Source: Basidiobolus meristosporus CBS 931.73
Lineage: Eukaryota > Fungi > Basidiobolomycota
DNA length: 64,000 nucleotides
Reading direction: 5' to 3'
Assembly: GCA_002104905.1 (NCBI GenBank)
Contig: MCFE01000144.1
Location: forward strand, 1-64,000
In this document: positions 50,066-63,800 of the stretch, in pieces
How positions within the stretch are numbered: the first letter of the stretch is position 1
How the letters are laid out: the number at the start of each line of letters is the position of its first letter
Position numbers and translations under genes: made by a program
Notes under the pieces: generated by a model
What the model saw: the letters and a program-made list of their open reading frames with translations, nothing else
Database searches by the model: none
Told to the model about the DNA's origin: nothing

Positions 50066-51703
50066 TGTAGTACCCACTCTTTGCCCAAGAGTTCTCCCCA
50101 GAGTCCTACCCAAAGTCCCCCAGTATTCTCCCTATGATTCCCCCACGTGTCCTCCCTCTTATTCCTGCCCTTATCTAGTTGGAACATTTACCATAACAGG
50201 AAGGTGTTCACACCCCTATTTTATAATACATTGCCTATTATCTAAGCCCCCCAAGTGATATATATATAACTATCCACTTGAACCAAGTGAGAGGACAGGA
50301 AGAATTGGATGGAAATAAACACAATTCTTTATTACTTTGCTACCTTCTGTTGGAAGCTATTCTGAACCAAGTGGCACTGACTTGAACTATAAACTCTCCC
50401 ACTCACTAAGTACAGTCAGTAATAACCCACATATTTGGTGCTGTCTTTGCATAAATAAGCACAAGTGAGGTTATGTATACTGCAATCAAACTGGAAATGT
50501 TCAAGGGAAAGAGAGAGAAAGCCCTTAAGTGGTTTGATAAGTTTGAGCAAGTTGCAGTTGACGCAGGATGGGACAACAATAAGAAATTAGGAGAGTTTGC
50601 AAGATATGTGGAAGGGTCAGCATGGCAATGGCATTATGGGTTGGAAGATGCAGTTAAAGACAACTGGGATGCACTAGAAGAAGCCTGGAAGACATGCTTT
50701 CTATATGCCAGAGGATACTACTACAAAGCCCTTCTACTGTCCTCACAGAAGAAAAGCAGTGAGAGCTATGAAGCCTATACTGAACTGCTTCTCCACAGAG
50801 TTCAATGTCTCCCAAAGGACAAAATTGCCAAACAACAGCTCATGAGGTATTACATCATGGGCTTAGACAACAAAGTAAGATGTAGGGTAGCCAAAGAGCA
50901 ATAGGGATGCAAAATGTTGTAAGAGTTGATCAAACAAGTTCAAGGGATCATCTTGCTATGGGGGCTACCCTATAGTGATACAGATGATTGAAGAACAGGG
51001 ATCTCCCATAAGAAAGAAAAAATTGCCCCCCAAAAGACCGTGAGTTAGAGGAGTTACTGTAAAAGGTCCAAGAACGCTTGATCAACAATGTCCAAGAAGT
51101 CCCCAAAGAAGGTGATAAACTCTGGGAAGCTGTCATTGATCTAGAGGCCCTGGTACAAGCCCTGACCCAACAGATGGAACAACTGTGACAACAGTACCCA
51201 GGTTATGTATGTGGAGAAGTAAGTCACTAAGCCCACAAATGTAAAACAGTATGGACAAGAACCCATACTAGACACAAAAGAGAAGAAGGCATCAAAAGAC
51301 AGAGTCCCTTGCCAGGAGGCCAACAGGACTCAGTCAATCTGAGCCCTTTGGTCAGAACAGTCAAAGTGTAGAAGAAGAAGTATTGACACAATGCTTCTAG
51401 AGAGGAGGCAAAGGAACCTATGGTAGAGGTTCCATCAAAAGGAAAGAACTTGGAATTAGGTGAGGTGGTGCAGAATGAGCCTTAGGGAGAAGTGTTGAAG
51501 CAAACAAAGAATGCTGGTACATCTTCCCACAGTCTATTCCCCATAATGAAGGTACTGGAGCAAACCAAGGCAACCCTCCCAATAACCAATTTACTGGGAC
51601 CTGCCTATGCTGTAGTCAAGGAACCAATAGAAGGATTGAAGGAGATAACAACCCTTCATGTTAACAAGATGGTTCTACCAAAACCAAATTAAGGTACATA
51701 TAT
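50066..51703 (+). mobile_element. Outer Ty3/gypsy element, 5' part (LTR 50066-50431, PBS, gag)
   Basis: TG...CA LTR, then tatt and TGGTGCTGTC. Gag reads FKGKREKALKWFDKFEQVA..AGW...YVEGSAWQW, with a degenerate zinc knuckle near 51210. Confidence 0.8.
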
Positions 51704-54700
51704 TGTAGTGGGGTCACAGTGACACCCACAGACAGATGTGCTCATTCCCATATTTTCTACTTCCCTATCTCTCTACTACACTTATTTTAGTTGGATCCCA
51801 TTTGTCTTAGCTGATCAGTACTATCCCATAAGCCAGTTGACTATCACACCTGCTTACCTTATTGCATAAGTTATCCGTCACTTTATGTAAGATTAATAGC
51901 AGTAGGTGCTTCCATATTTGCAAGTTCCTGTGCCAGTACTTGCATCACATGATCAACCTGTGTCACCATCCTTACCATTTCCATACCATATATGGTATCC
52001 CTATGTTACACAGGTTTTAGAGTATTCATTCCTGAGTGGTTGGATGTGCTGTACCTCTTAGAACCTTCTGGCACCTACTTAGAACATTCTTGGGTCATTC
52101 TGATGTCATTAAGATTTCTATCAATATCCAGAACCTTTTGGAACACCATGATTAGTAATCACTTAGCCAGTAAGAAAAGTATATAAGGGAGGCTATCCCT
52201 CAGCAATATATCATCATCCCTTTTATCAACATACCAACTTGTTAATTAGTGTGATCACTGCTACCTGTTGCTACCTGAACTTCCAACACCAGACCACAAG
52301 ACACTCCCAGGAAACCATGCTGAGAGCCACCTGACCTTGGAGGCACTACTTGTGAGGAATACTCAGAGTAGGTATCTTTTATTATATTTGATTCTTTCCC
52401 AAGTTTGTTCTTGTACAGGCAAAGATACTTTTCTGTCTTTTTAACTATTGACCACAGCCGCATTCTTATCAAGTCCCTGCTGGCGGAGTTTACAGTTGTT
52501 TTGACTTTGGAAGCTTTAGTACATTGTCATCTCAAAGGATGCTGAATCCAGCACATACTTTTGTTAAGATGCCAACTAAGTTGGGGATTGTAGCTCAATA
52601 GTCTTCCCTTGACAAGCTTGTGGCTTTATTCCCCATCACATTAGATTAGAGTCAGCACCCAAGTACTCCAAGCAAGCTTTTGCCAGAGGTTATTGCACCA
52701 AGTGAATACCCCACACACAAAACACTTGAGAAGTGTTGGATATATCTCTCCATTGGACTTATACACCACCACATAATTGGCACCCAACATGGGGGGTTTA
52801 TTCAAGCTTCCTAGGACCCAACAAGATTTACATGAAGGTTTGAGCTGTTATGCACTTATTGAAAAGAGACTACTAATATTATCTAGATTACAACACCAAC
52901 CTACCTGCCCAAAATGCACTCTATACCATTACCACTCTCACATGGAGCCCCACAGCTTGATGAAAAGAATGTGGAAAGCTTCATATTCAAATGGGAGAAG
53001 CTCTGCAAGATGTGCAGCCTATCAGAACAAGAAATGGTTGAGGACTTCCCCTGCTACTGTACCAATGATATTACCACAAAGCTTCTCAGACAAGGAGACG
53101 TTCTCACTGACTGGCCCTAATGTAGATCTACCTACAGACCAAGTATGATAGACCCCAGATATGCTACGGAATGGAAGACCTCAGACACTTTGGAAGGACT
53201 GGACATTCCAAGCTACCACTTGAAGAGTTCATTCAACAGTATGAAGATATGGCCAAGCCACGCGTAGAGTCCCAGGCTATAACTGAGTTTACCATGACAC
53301 TTTACCTTGCAAAAGGACTTCCCCTGGACTTGGCAAGGAAAGTGGACTTACATGCAGCCAAGGATGACAAGTCTGGCATTCCTTGCTTTGCAAAAATGAA
53401 ATGTGTTCTCCTAGAGGCAAAGCAAACTTCCACCTTTATGAGACTCCTGACATCAAAACTTCTAGATCAGTCAACCAAGGAGCTAAGGAATGCTGTTGCT
53501 GACAATCAGACCTACATTACCAACAGAATTGACCAACTTGCTGAGCAGCTACAAAAGCTAGCCCTCAAGATTATTGACTCAGCTGAGGTAGCTACTGAGG
53601 GACAAAGACCTTTGCCCAGACACTGCATCTGGTGTGACTCTACTCAGCATGCCAGACAAGAATTCTCAGAGCTTAGTCAGCTGCTCAGAGAAGGAGCAGT
53701 ACAGTTTGATGCTGATGGAATGCCTGCTGACAAGGAAGGAAGAAGGATTCCCACTGATTTCCAAAGAGGAGGGATGAGAGCCCTTTTCCAGAAGTCTGAC
53801 TCAACAACCAGAAAAATTATTGTTGATGCCCCTATTGGGACTCATACAGTGAATCCAAGCAGCCCTGACAACAGACAACACAAAGTTGATGCCTTTGTTA
53901 CCAAAAGACACCTCCCTGAAGAACCTGCCAAACCCATCCTTAGAAGTCCATAATTTGAGAAACCTGAAGTTGCTATTGAGAAGAGGCCTAGTACACTGCC
54001 CACCCAAGATTCATTGCCGCACTTTCAGATGACCTCAAGAATAGCAAGCTACTCCAGCCCTCAACTGATTCCTGAAAAGCTGCTGAAGCAGAACCTCACT
54101 TTGTTGGTTGGAGAAATCATGAGTGTATCCCCATCTGTTAGGACAACCTTTGATGAGCAGCTTAGAGCAAGAAAACAAGCCATTGAACATATGGACACCC
54201 ACATAATTCAGAAAAACCATGAAGACTACCAAAAGAAGAACAACACTACTGAATATAAGACCTTTTACTCAGTTGTAACTGCTGTGGTGAAAGGGTATAT
54301 ATATGAAGACCCTGCTGACTGCCATAATGACAGTGGTTCAGAGATTTGTGTTATGCCACTAGACATCTTGAAGACACTTAGAAGCAAGGAGCTACTGCCT
54401 GCTGATAGAGATATTGGATGGAACATGACTGATGCATACTCAGGATCTAGTCCACTCTATAATGTAGTATGCAAGCACCCTATTGAGGTACAAGGGATCA
54501 AGGTCTGGCTTCCCCTCTTTATCTGCCAGAAGTCAAACTTTGACCTTCTACTAGGCAGACCATGGGAGACCAGTACTGAGGCTAAAACTATCAATTATTC
54601 CAATGGATCAGTGTGGTACACTATACAAGGATCAGACCTGGGGCTACAGTCAATGTTCTGAGGAGTAACACCCAACAATAAGAGGACACATATTGCTTGC

Positions 54701-57700
54701 CAGAAGACACATCTTGTTATGGAAGAAGATGAGGAGCCTAGCAATGTACACCCAAACATTTGGAGCTGCTCATTAGGTATGCAGGAGCAGTCTGCTATGG
54801 TTCAAACTAAATACAAGACAGTAGAACAGAGGATTAGACCATCACTTACACCTTTGGCTGATGGATCTTGACCTGCAGATTACATCAGGCCACCAGAAGA
54901 AGCACCAGAAGATATACAACTTACACCTGAGCAACTTAAGCAATTTATCATTGGTGATGGAAATCTAACACCAGAGGAAATCTTATTACTTGAAGGAATC
55001 CTGAAAAGGCTTGATAAGGTTCTCTTATATAATGACAAGGAGATGGAGCTCTTAAAGACATTAGTTGAAAAACCCATCAAGATTCACTCAGTGCCCCACG
55101 CACCCTGGTCATTCAAGCCTTACCCACTGCCCAGAGGACTCTAAGCTGATGTGCATGACCTACCTAAGAAGAAGATAGAAGCTGGTATTCTAGAACCTTG
55201 CCAAGGACCTTATGCTAGCAGATGGTTTGTGACCAAAAAGAAGAATGGAAAGCTAAGGTTCATTCAAGACATGCAACCTGCAAAAGCTGTCACTATTAGA
55301 GATGCTGCTATACCTCCATCTATTGATGACTTTGCCAAAAGCTTTAGTGGCCACTCCATCTACTCAACATATAATCTCTACTCAGGATATGACCAGATCC
55401 CCTTGATGAGACATCAAGAGATATGCTTGCACTCCAAACACCATTTGGACTGTTAAGGATTACAAGACTTGGCTAAGGGGCTACAAACTCTGTGGCTCAG
55501 TTCCAGAGATGCATGTTGAATGCGCTGTACCAGTTTATACCTGAGAAACTTGCTGTCTTTGTTGATGATATAGGCATCAAAGGACAAAAATTCCAGGACA
55601 CCACTGAAGTTATGTCTGGAGTAAGAAAGTTTGTCTATGACCATATATCAGACAATGATGCATATTAGGAGCCATTGAAGAAGCTAGACTCACTATCAGT
55701 GGTGAAAAAAGCATCTTTGGTGTATCAGAGATATCCATTCTTGGACAAATATGCAATACCATTGGTTGATCACCTGGAGTCTCCAAGACACAAAAGATAT
55801 GCAACTGGCCTACCCCCACAGATCAAACACAAGCCCATGGCTTTGTGGCAGCTTATGGGTTCTTTAGTATCTGAATCCCAAGATTTTCTGAGATAGCAGA
55901 GCCAATCTACTGATTACAGAGAGAGAATACCCCAATTATCTGGGGAGACAAGCAAGAAGAAGCCATGCAATTACTGAAAGAGGCCTTAGTATCTCCACCA
56001 GTTCTAAGACCTCTTGACTATCAGAACACTGAATGCCATCTATTTTGACAGTAGATGCAAGCCCTATAGGAGCTGGGGCACTACTTGGCCAAGATGATGA
56101 AGATGGCAGCCACTATGCCTGCAGATATGAGAGCTGTCTATTCTCTCCTAGAGAGCAAAGATACTTGCAGATTAAGAGAGAGCTACTAGTAGTTGTGAAA
56201 ATGCTGAGGAAGCTGAAGTCATAACTCTACATGACACATTTCATCCTGGAGACAGATGCCAGTCCATTTATAGGAATGATCAACAAGCCCAACCTACATA
56301 ATGATGCCACAAACCAATGGATAGCATGGCTGAAAATGTCTGACTTTGAGGTCAGACATATCCCTGGCAAGACAAATGTTTTGGCTGATGCACTCTCAAG
56401 GAATAGACCACAATTATTTGAAGACTTGGACCCTTGCTTTGATGATATGATTGATGCAGTGATCCAACAGATTGCCATCAAAGACCAAGAAGAACTACCT
56501 GGAATCTGATCAAGGAATATCTAAGGACACTCAAGATACCTAGTTGAATGGAAATTCAGGAGTTTAGAGAACCCAGAAGGAAGGCACTCCACTACTATCT
56601 CAAAGATGATCTTCTATTTGAACAATTGAAGCCTGGATTTATGCCAAGAAGAGTAGTCACTACCTCACAAGAGCAACTGAACATGATGACAAGTATTCAC
56701 CAAGGATAACCAGGAGGACATAGAGGATGAGAAGCTACCTACAATACCACAGCTCAGAGGTACTACTGGGAAAACATGTACTATGATATCCAACACTTTG
56801 TTGAGTCATGTGCAGCCTGCCAGAAGAGATCCTCTAAGCATTATGAAGAACCACTGCATCCTACTTATACAATCTGTCTATGGCAAAAGGTTGGTATTGA
56901 CCTTGACCTCATGCCTGCAGCTGGATCAAAGAAGTACCTGATTGTTACTAGATATGACCTTAGTGGATGGCAGAGACTCAAGCCTTGCCCAACAACAAGA
57001 GCCATACCATATGGAGATTAATCCTTGAAGACATTATCTGCAGATTTGGCTCCATCCAACAGTTTGTTGCTGACAGAGGAGAGATGACATCCCAAATGAT
57101 CCAGGAGTTGTGCTCAAAGTACAACATGCACATTGCTTTTACTACAGCTTACCACCCTCAAGCCAATGGAATGATAGAGAGAGGACATGGACCATTGGTG
57201 AACTCTCTTGTCAAGACCTGTGAGAATAACACAACACTGTGGCTACAGCAATTACATCTTGCACTCTGGGCAGATAGAATTACTACCAAGAGAGCAACTG
57301 GATTATTGCCATTTCAGCTACTCCACGGACATGACTACATTCTACCAGTTGAGTTAAACACAGTCACTTGGAACTCATTGAATTGGAGATCCAATATGCA
57401 GACTGAAGACCTCCTTACAACTTGCATACAACAACTTGATCACCATGACTTGAGTATCAACAGAGCTGCTGAACTACTTAAGGATACACAACTGAAGAAC
57501 AAAGTGCCCTTTGACAAATCACACTCAAAAAGACCAAAACCACTATCACTAGGAAACCAGTTTTACTCTTTGACTCCACCTTGGACAAACAACAGAGTTG
57601 GAAGTTTGACAACAAATGGACTGGCCCCTACCTCATTTCCAAGATGATTGAGAATGGAAGCTACTATATATATGAGCTTGATAACACCTAGTTGAGAGCC

Positions 57701-58812
57701 CCAGTTGGAGGAAGCCAACTTAAGTTATTCAAGCATAGGAATTTTGCACATCAAGATTAGTTTGCTTTGACCCAAACTCAAAGCTTAGAGGGGGGTGGAT
57801 GTAGTAGGGTCACAGTGACACCCACAGAAAGATGTGCTCATTTCCATATTTTCTACTTCCCTATCTCTCTACTACACTTATTTTAGTTGGATCCCATTTG
57901 TCTTAGCTGATCAGTACTATCCCATAAGCCAGTTGACTATCACACCTGCTTACCTTATTGCATAAGTTATCCCTCACTTTATGTAAGATTAATAGCAGTA
58001 GGTGCTTCTATATTTGGCAAGTTCCTGTGCCATTACTTGCATCACATGATCAACCTGTGTCACCATCCTTACCATTTCCATACCATATATGGTATCCCTA
58101 TGTTACACAGGTTTTAGAGTATTCATTCCTGAGTGGTTGGATGTGCTGTGCCTCTTAGAACCTTCTGGCACCTACTTAGAACATTCTTGGGTCATTCTGA
58201 TGTCATTAAGATTTCTATCAATATCCAGAACCTTTTGGAACACCATGATTAGTAGTCACTTAGTTAGTAAGAAAGGTTTATTAGGGAGGCTATCCCTCAA
58301 CAGTAAATCATCATCCCTTTTATCAATATACCAACTTTTGATAAGTGTGATCACTGCTACCTGCTGCTACCTGAACTTCCAACACCAGACCACAGGACAC
58401 TCCAAGGAAACCATGCTGACAGCCAACTGACCTTGGAGGCACTACTTGCGAGGAATACTCAGAGTAGGTATCTTTTATTATACTTGATTCTTTCCCAAGT
58501 TTGTTCTTGTACAGACAAAGATACATTTCTGTCTTTATAACTCTTGACCACAGCAGCATTCTTATCAAGTCCCTGCTGGTGGAGCTTACCGTTGTTGTGA
58601 CTTTGGAAGCTCATGCTGACAGCCAACTGACCTTGGAGGTACTACTTGTGAGGAATACTCACAGTAGGTGTTTTTTATTATATTTGATTCTTTCCCAAGT
58701 TTGTTCTTGTATAGGCAAAGATACTTTTCTGTCTTTATAACTATTGACCACAGCAGCATTCTTATCAAGTCCCTGCTGGTGGAGCTTACCGTTGTTGTGA
58801 CTTTGGAAGCTC
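51704..58812 (+). mobile_element. Inner Ty3/gypsy element (~1.07-kb 5' LTR, gag, protease, RT, RNaseH, integrase, PPT, truncated 3' LTR), degenerate
   Basis: LTRs start at 51704 and 57800. PBS at 52778; gag with CIWCDSTQH; protease DSGSEICVM; RT ILEPCQGPYASRWF...LRFIQDM and FVDD; RNaseH LTVDASPIGAGALLGQ; integrase SDRG-like ADRGE and TAYHPQANGMIER; GPY domain; PPT AGAGGGGGG. Confidence 0.92.
58413..58812. repeat. 200-bp tandem duplication inside the 3' LTR
   Basis: The unit atgctgacagccaactgacc...gactttggaagctc starts at 58413 and again at 58613. Confidence 0.92.
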
Positions 58813-60760
58813 TATGTTGATCATGTCAGAGTCATTAGCAAAGCATCTAAAGTTAGATATAGTCCCCAATGACACCACTTGGGTATGGCTAGCAAATGAC
58901 CAACTGGACCCAACAGTAGGAGTAGTGCCTAATTGCACCATCCAGCTAGGCAACTTGATTATACACCAAGATGTTGTGGTCTTACCTGTTTTGCAGCCAA
59001 CAACTTACTCATTGGTGAGAGTTAGTTTATCTAACATAAGATGGACATACTCTACAGTGCATCTGAACTCAGGTGGGATACTGAGAGTATCCCACTGATT
59101 CATGTCACAAATGAGAGCAAGGTGTGTAGCAACAGTGTGACCATTGAAGTGGTGAAACCGTTGCAGTCTCCAACCATCACACAGAAGGTGATAAAAATAC
59201 CACCTGCCAGTGAGATGGTGATCTCATTAGAGACACCAATAGCTTATTTGACAAGCAGAAGAATGATAATTGCAATAAAGGCATCCAAACAACTGGAAGG
59301 AATCTTGTCCCTAAAGTACAGATACCACCAAAATTTGAAATGCAAAGTCTGAAGTGCTTAGTAGTTAACAATGGGCAACACACAGTGACATTGCCTAGAG
59401 GAGGGCTATTGTTAAACCCAGAGGAAGTTGACAGAAACAACCAAGGGCCACCTACAAACAAGGAACCAAAAGAAGAATTCCCCAAACTAAATGTGGATCC
59501 CAGTCCACCACCTGCATCACAAGACAAGTTCCTAGAAGGATTATACCCACTTGCCCCAGTATTCTCTAAGAGCCAAGTAATTGGTCATATACCTGGAGTA
59601 TATCAACAAGTCCATCTTGCTGAAAAATACCCCATAAAGCAAAAAGCCTATAGGAGCTCAAGAATTGATATCAACTACATCAAAGAGGCAATTGAAACTT
59701 TATTAAAAGACAACATCATTGCAGAGAGCCAGTCTCTGTGGGCCTCCCCCATAGTGATAGTCCTAAAGAAAGATGGAAAGCAACATTTTTGCATCAACTA
59801 CCAAAAATTGAACACTGTCACCCAGAAAGAGGTGTATCCACCACTGCAAATAGACAACCTCTTGGGCAGATTGATTGGAGCTAAATATTTTAGCTCTCTT
59901 GACTTAATCCCTGGGTATTGGCAAGTAGAAATAGCCCTGGAATATTGACCCAAATCCGCTTTTATAACATTGTTTGGATTGTACAAATGGAACTAACTAC
60001 CCTTTGGCTTGTACAATGCTCCCGCTATGTTCCAAAGTATGATTGACAATGTGCTAGAAAATTTACAATGGGAATGCGCTCTTGTGTATCTGGACAACAT
60101 CACAATATATTCCCCCAATGTAGAAGAACATATACACAACATGCAATGTATTCTGACAGCCCTCCTCAAGAACCAACTTAAACTACATCCCAAGAAGTGC
60201 CATTTCCTGTATACAAAAATGCTGTCCCTGGGCCAGATGATCTTGGCAGATGGGATATACCCATTTACTTCACTTCTAAAAGCCATTCAAGTGTTACAAG
60301 TCTTGGTATATGAGTTGTAGAGGAATAGGGAGTTTAGCTAGTATTGTATTCACTAAAACCTGAACTGATTTTTATTGAGGTTCCAGCAGCTCCTTGTATA
60401 CATTTTGCCAGATCAATTGCTGACTAATTGTATTTCCTAATGTAGGTTGTGGCTGATGACTCATTTGATTGCATTATCTTCACCAAATAAGATCCTACTT
60501 AATATATCTATTTCTGTCTGATAAGCATCTGCTGATTCATTTGCTGACTAATGCTACTAATTTCATAGATAATACTGATATACTGATAACCTAAACCTAT
60601 ACTAATTGATTTGACCAAGAACTGATCTAACTTAAGCATTCAAGCAACAGATCATAACACAAGATACACCAGCACCAAAGGATATCAATGCAGTGTTGGG
60701 ATTCCTAGGATTAGCCAGCTACTATTGCTGCATTTATTCAAGTGGTGTTCTGAGGCCATT
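58813..60760 (+). mobile_element. Outer Ty3/gypsy pol continuation (protease C-part, RT, start of RNaseH)
   Basis: Reads SQSLWASPIVIVLKKDGK..FCINYQKLN, FSSLDLIPGYWQV, PFGLYNAPAMFQ, VYLDNITIYS and VLGFLGLASYY. Confidence 0.88.
60292..60659. mobile_element. Solo LTR (368 bp) of a different family inserted between RT and RNaseH
   Basis: Termini TGTTA...TAACA with TSD CAAG. Removing it restores the frame KAIQDTPAPKDINAVLGFLG. Confidence 0.85.
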
Positions 60761-60779
60761 CTTACCAGAGTACATTGGA

Positions 60780-61860
60780 AGCATTGGGAGTCTTATGTGG
60801 ACATTATAAGAATATTTATCCAGTAGCCAGTCACCAATGCCAAGTTGACACACCTACAGCTGTGGTGTGAGGGGATTGTAACAGGATTTGAGCAGCTTTA
60901 TTACACACAAAAAGCCAAGTGCACAGATCTCTGCTGTTACTGTTTCCATTCTCCACTCCATGTTGCTTGGTGTGAGGAGAATACTGGGCTTTGCTTCACC
61001 TTTTTTGAGTTTCCTATGGAGCAGATGTGTGGAGTGGTAGGAATACAGGTCAAGTTGCAGGTACTACCACATCCCAATATCATCAAGAATATCACCCTTA
61101 AGTCTGTGGTGGATGTGATGTGTTGGTACATTCAGGACTGCCTGGAAGAGTTAGAAAAACTGAGGACAGATATGCGCATGGAGACACCTACGCCTTTGCT
61201 TTAATAAGCTAAGCAGCCCCAATGCATGGGTAATTAGTAAAGTAATGCAAAATTGGGTTGGGTGCAACAAGCAACTAACTTCTACTAGGAGAGCTCTACC
61301 AAACTATGCCTGGTTTCACTTGGTCACAAGCCAACTTCTACACCATTCAGTACAGAATTCACACAAGCAAGAGCCCAAATGCATCTGTAGGGGGACTAGA
61401 AGCCAGCAGCAGTTAGGTGCTGTCATAGAAGTTTCAAGCAGCCATTAATATTTTGTTGCTGTGGTAGTGACTGGTGAGTGGTCAAATATGACTTGTGTGG
61501 CAAAACACTTGCCATGAGCCTTGTAATACCTGCTATGCTGTCTGCATGCTTCATGGTTGAGAGGCTTGCTACAATACCCACATGGTTGTTTTTCTCTTCT
61601 CTCAAAGCATTGAGTCAAAGTAGTCTTGTCCATGGGTCAGACAGTTTGACACTCAACTACCTACTGCAATTATTTCACTTTTTTGTCAATACTCATGTGG
61701 ACTTAAGACAGTCAGGTTTTTGATATATTCAAACTACATGAATGTACAAATCAATGATAATCTTCCACAACACACATGTTAAATAAAGTTGAGTCCCATA
61801 TACAGACATATTTGTAGTACTATTTCCCTTTTAGTTACACCAAATTCTGTATATATGCTG
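60780..61860. mobile_element. CACTA transposase fragments (C-terminus + at 60780-61200; N-terminus - at 61420-61760)
   Basis: FEQLYY...CFHSPLHVA...FEFPMEQMCG...LPHPNIIKNI on the plus strand; MDKTTLTQCFERREKQPCGYCSKP on the minus strand. Confidence 0.75.
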
Positions 61861-62109
61861 TTAGACAATAAACCAAAGTTCAGGTTGCAGGAAAAGTGCC
61901 AATAAAGAACTAGCAGGCAGTACCAGGTGCATTAGTGCAGCATTTATCAAGGTGAAAATGCAGTACAATAGAACAGTAGTGTAATACCACTCTAGGAGCA
62001 CCAAATCAAAGTAGCAGTGAGAGACCTGGCAATGAGACAGGAAAAGGTAAAGATGTCAGAATAGTGCTTAAGAAAACGCAGCTGAATATTGGAATTAAAC
62101 TTGGCCACT

Positions 62110-62900
62110 AGTGCAAAGCTTTTGGAACAGTCCAGTCATTTTGCTTGATGGTATCATTTGGCACAAGTCTTGGTTTGTATCTTTCAGTTGTACCATCAGC
62201 CATGTGTACTATCTTAAGGACCCATCTGCATCAAGTTTTCATTGTATAAACAGTAATTTGATCAAGTCCTAAATTTGACTTTCCTACAGGGCAAAATATT
62301 CCTCAGTCATTGCAGTTCTCCTAAATCTTGTTTGGGGGCTCTTTGCAGTTGTATTTACAATCTGAGGCTCATTGATCTGGACTGAGTAGGCAAAACATTT
62401 GCATCCTCATTAATTCAGTAAATTTGGCTATTTTGATATAGTTGGATCTCCTGACTTGCAATTTTGTAATGATGACTTCTAGGATATTCATTGGCAGTAA
62501 TTCAGGCTGACTGGTAAGTGTAGAGTCCTTTGGATTGGAAAAAGCTTCATTGATTAGTTCTGATTCAATGCTTGCTTTTAGTGGACTTAAGACCAGATTG
62601 TATCATCATTTCATGTTGTTTTTCTGAAAAATTAGGCTTTCATGAGACAACACATCCTTACTCTCATTGTAGAAGCCCAAAAATATCTATTTTGTACTTT
62701 TTGGCTAAAATATGACTAAGTTCTGGGCAGCTTTTGGCATGTGCTCTGCACCCAGATACACCTAAGTACTTAGAAACTTGCCAGTATCTGTGTAATGTTG
62801 CATATGTAACAGAATCAGAAATTTCCTGCAATTGCCAAGATATTGGGCTATTTGCTATCATACAGCTGCTGAAAGTTTGCTCATCAGCTCTGGACTAGTC
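62110..62900 (-). mobile_element. Copia fragment (integrase C-terminus to RT start)
   Basis: Homologous to 36600-37050 and 4840-5200; reads ADGTTERYKPRLV. Confidence 0.7.
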
Positions 62901-62949
62901 TTAGTCACTTTAGGGCTCAATTACAGTAAACTTTCCACTTTCTGTTAAA

Positions 62950-63800
62950 TGTAAGATCCTGTGCATATTCCCCTCTAATGAGGGTCAAATTAGCACTTTG
63001 ACAGAACATTATTTGTGTGCCCTTAAGCTGTTGCAAAATCCTCCTGACCATTGAAAGACTCACATAACTTTTGTGGCGCAGTTGATTTACCTCTAAAAAG
63101 CTATAAAAACCAGGCTTCTTTTTAAATACACAACAGTCAGCTATTATTACTATTTCATGTGAAGTTCCTTACATCCAAAACTCTTTGCAAGTTGCAGTAG
63201 GTGATGAGCCACAATTGCCTTAATCTAGTCTGAAAGATGACTCCACCAGCATTCAAAACAATACAAATATCTTCCCTGTATAATAGAGGTTTGATTGAGA
63301 AAACTACAGACTTTAGAGAATAAATATGCAGAAACAGCAAACTACGTTTAAGAAGAAAACTCCTCATCATCAACACTAGCATTGGCACTGCGGAGCTCTT
63401 CTGCAAGTGTTGTCATTCAGCTAATGAGATATAGCATGCTATCCTCTGACTTCTTCCTTATGTTAAAGAAAATATATTCTGTCTACCTTGCAGCCTACCA
63501 GACAGGCGTTAGCCACTCCTGTGCTCTTTTGAAAGCAGAGAAGACAGTCTGATCCTAGACTATGTTAAAGGAAGAATTCTTCATGGAGAATTCTGACATG
63601 ATGACTCAGCCCAAAAAATCAAGGATAAAGCTTTGTTTGTTGAAATAATTAGGGGCCCACCTAATTATTCAGACACTATAAACTAGTGCTTAGTTAAATG
63701 ATATATTCCAGAACATTAGTTTACTGAATAGTTTGCAAGATACTTGCTAATTATCAGAAATTATTGAAGTACAGAATACTAGAAATATCTGAAACTTGGC
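62950..63800 (+). mobile_element. Highly degenerate L1/Tx1-like LINE RT remnant
   Basis: CVPLSCCKILLTIERL resembles the RT motif GCPLSPLLF.L.IE.L. YKYL and LRLRRKLLIINTSI follow, with many stops. Confidence 0.35.
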
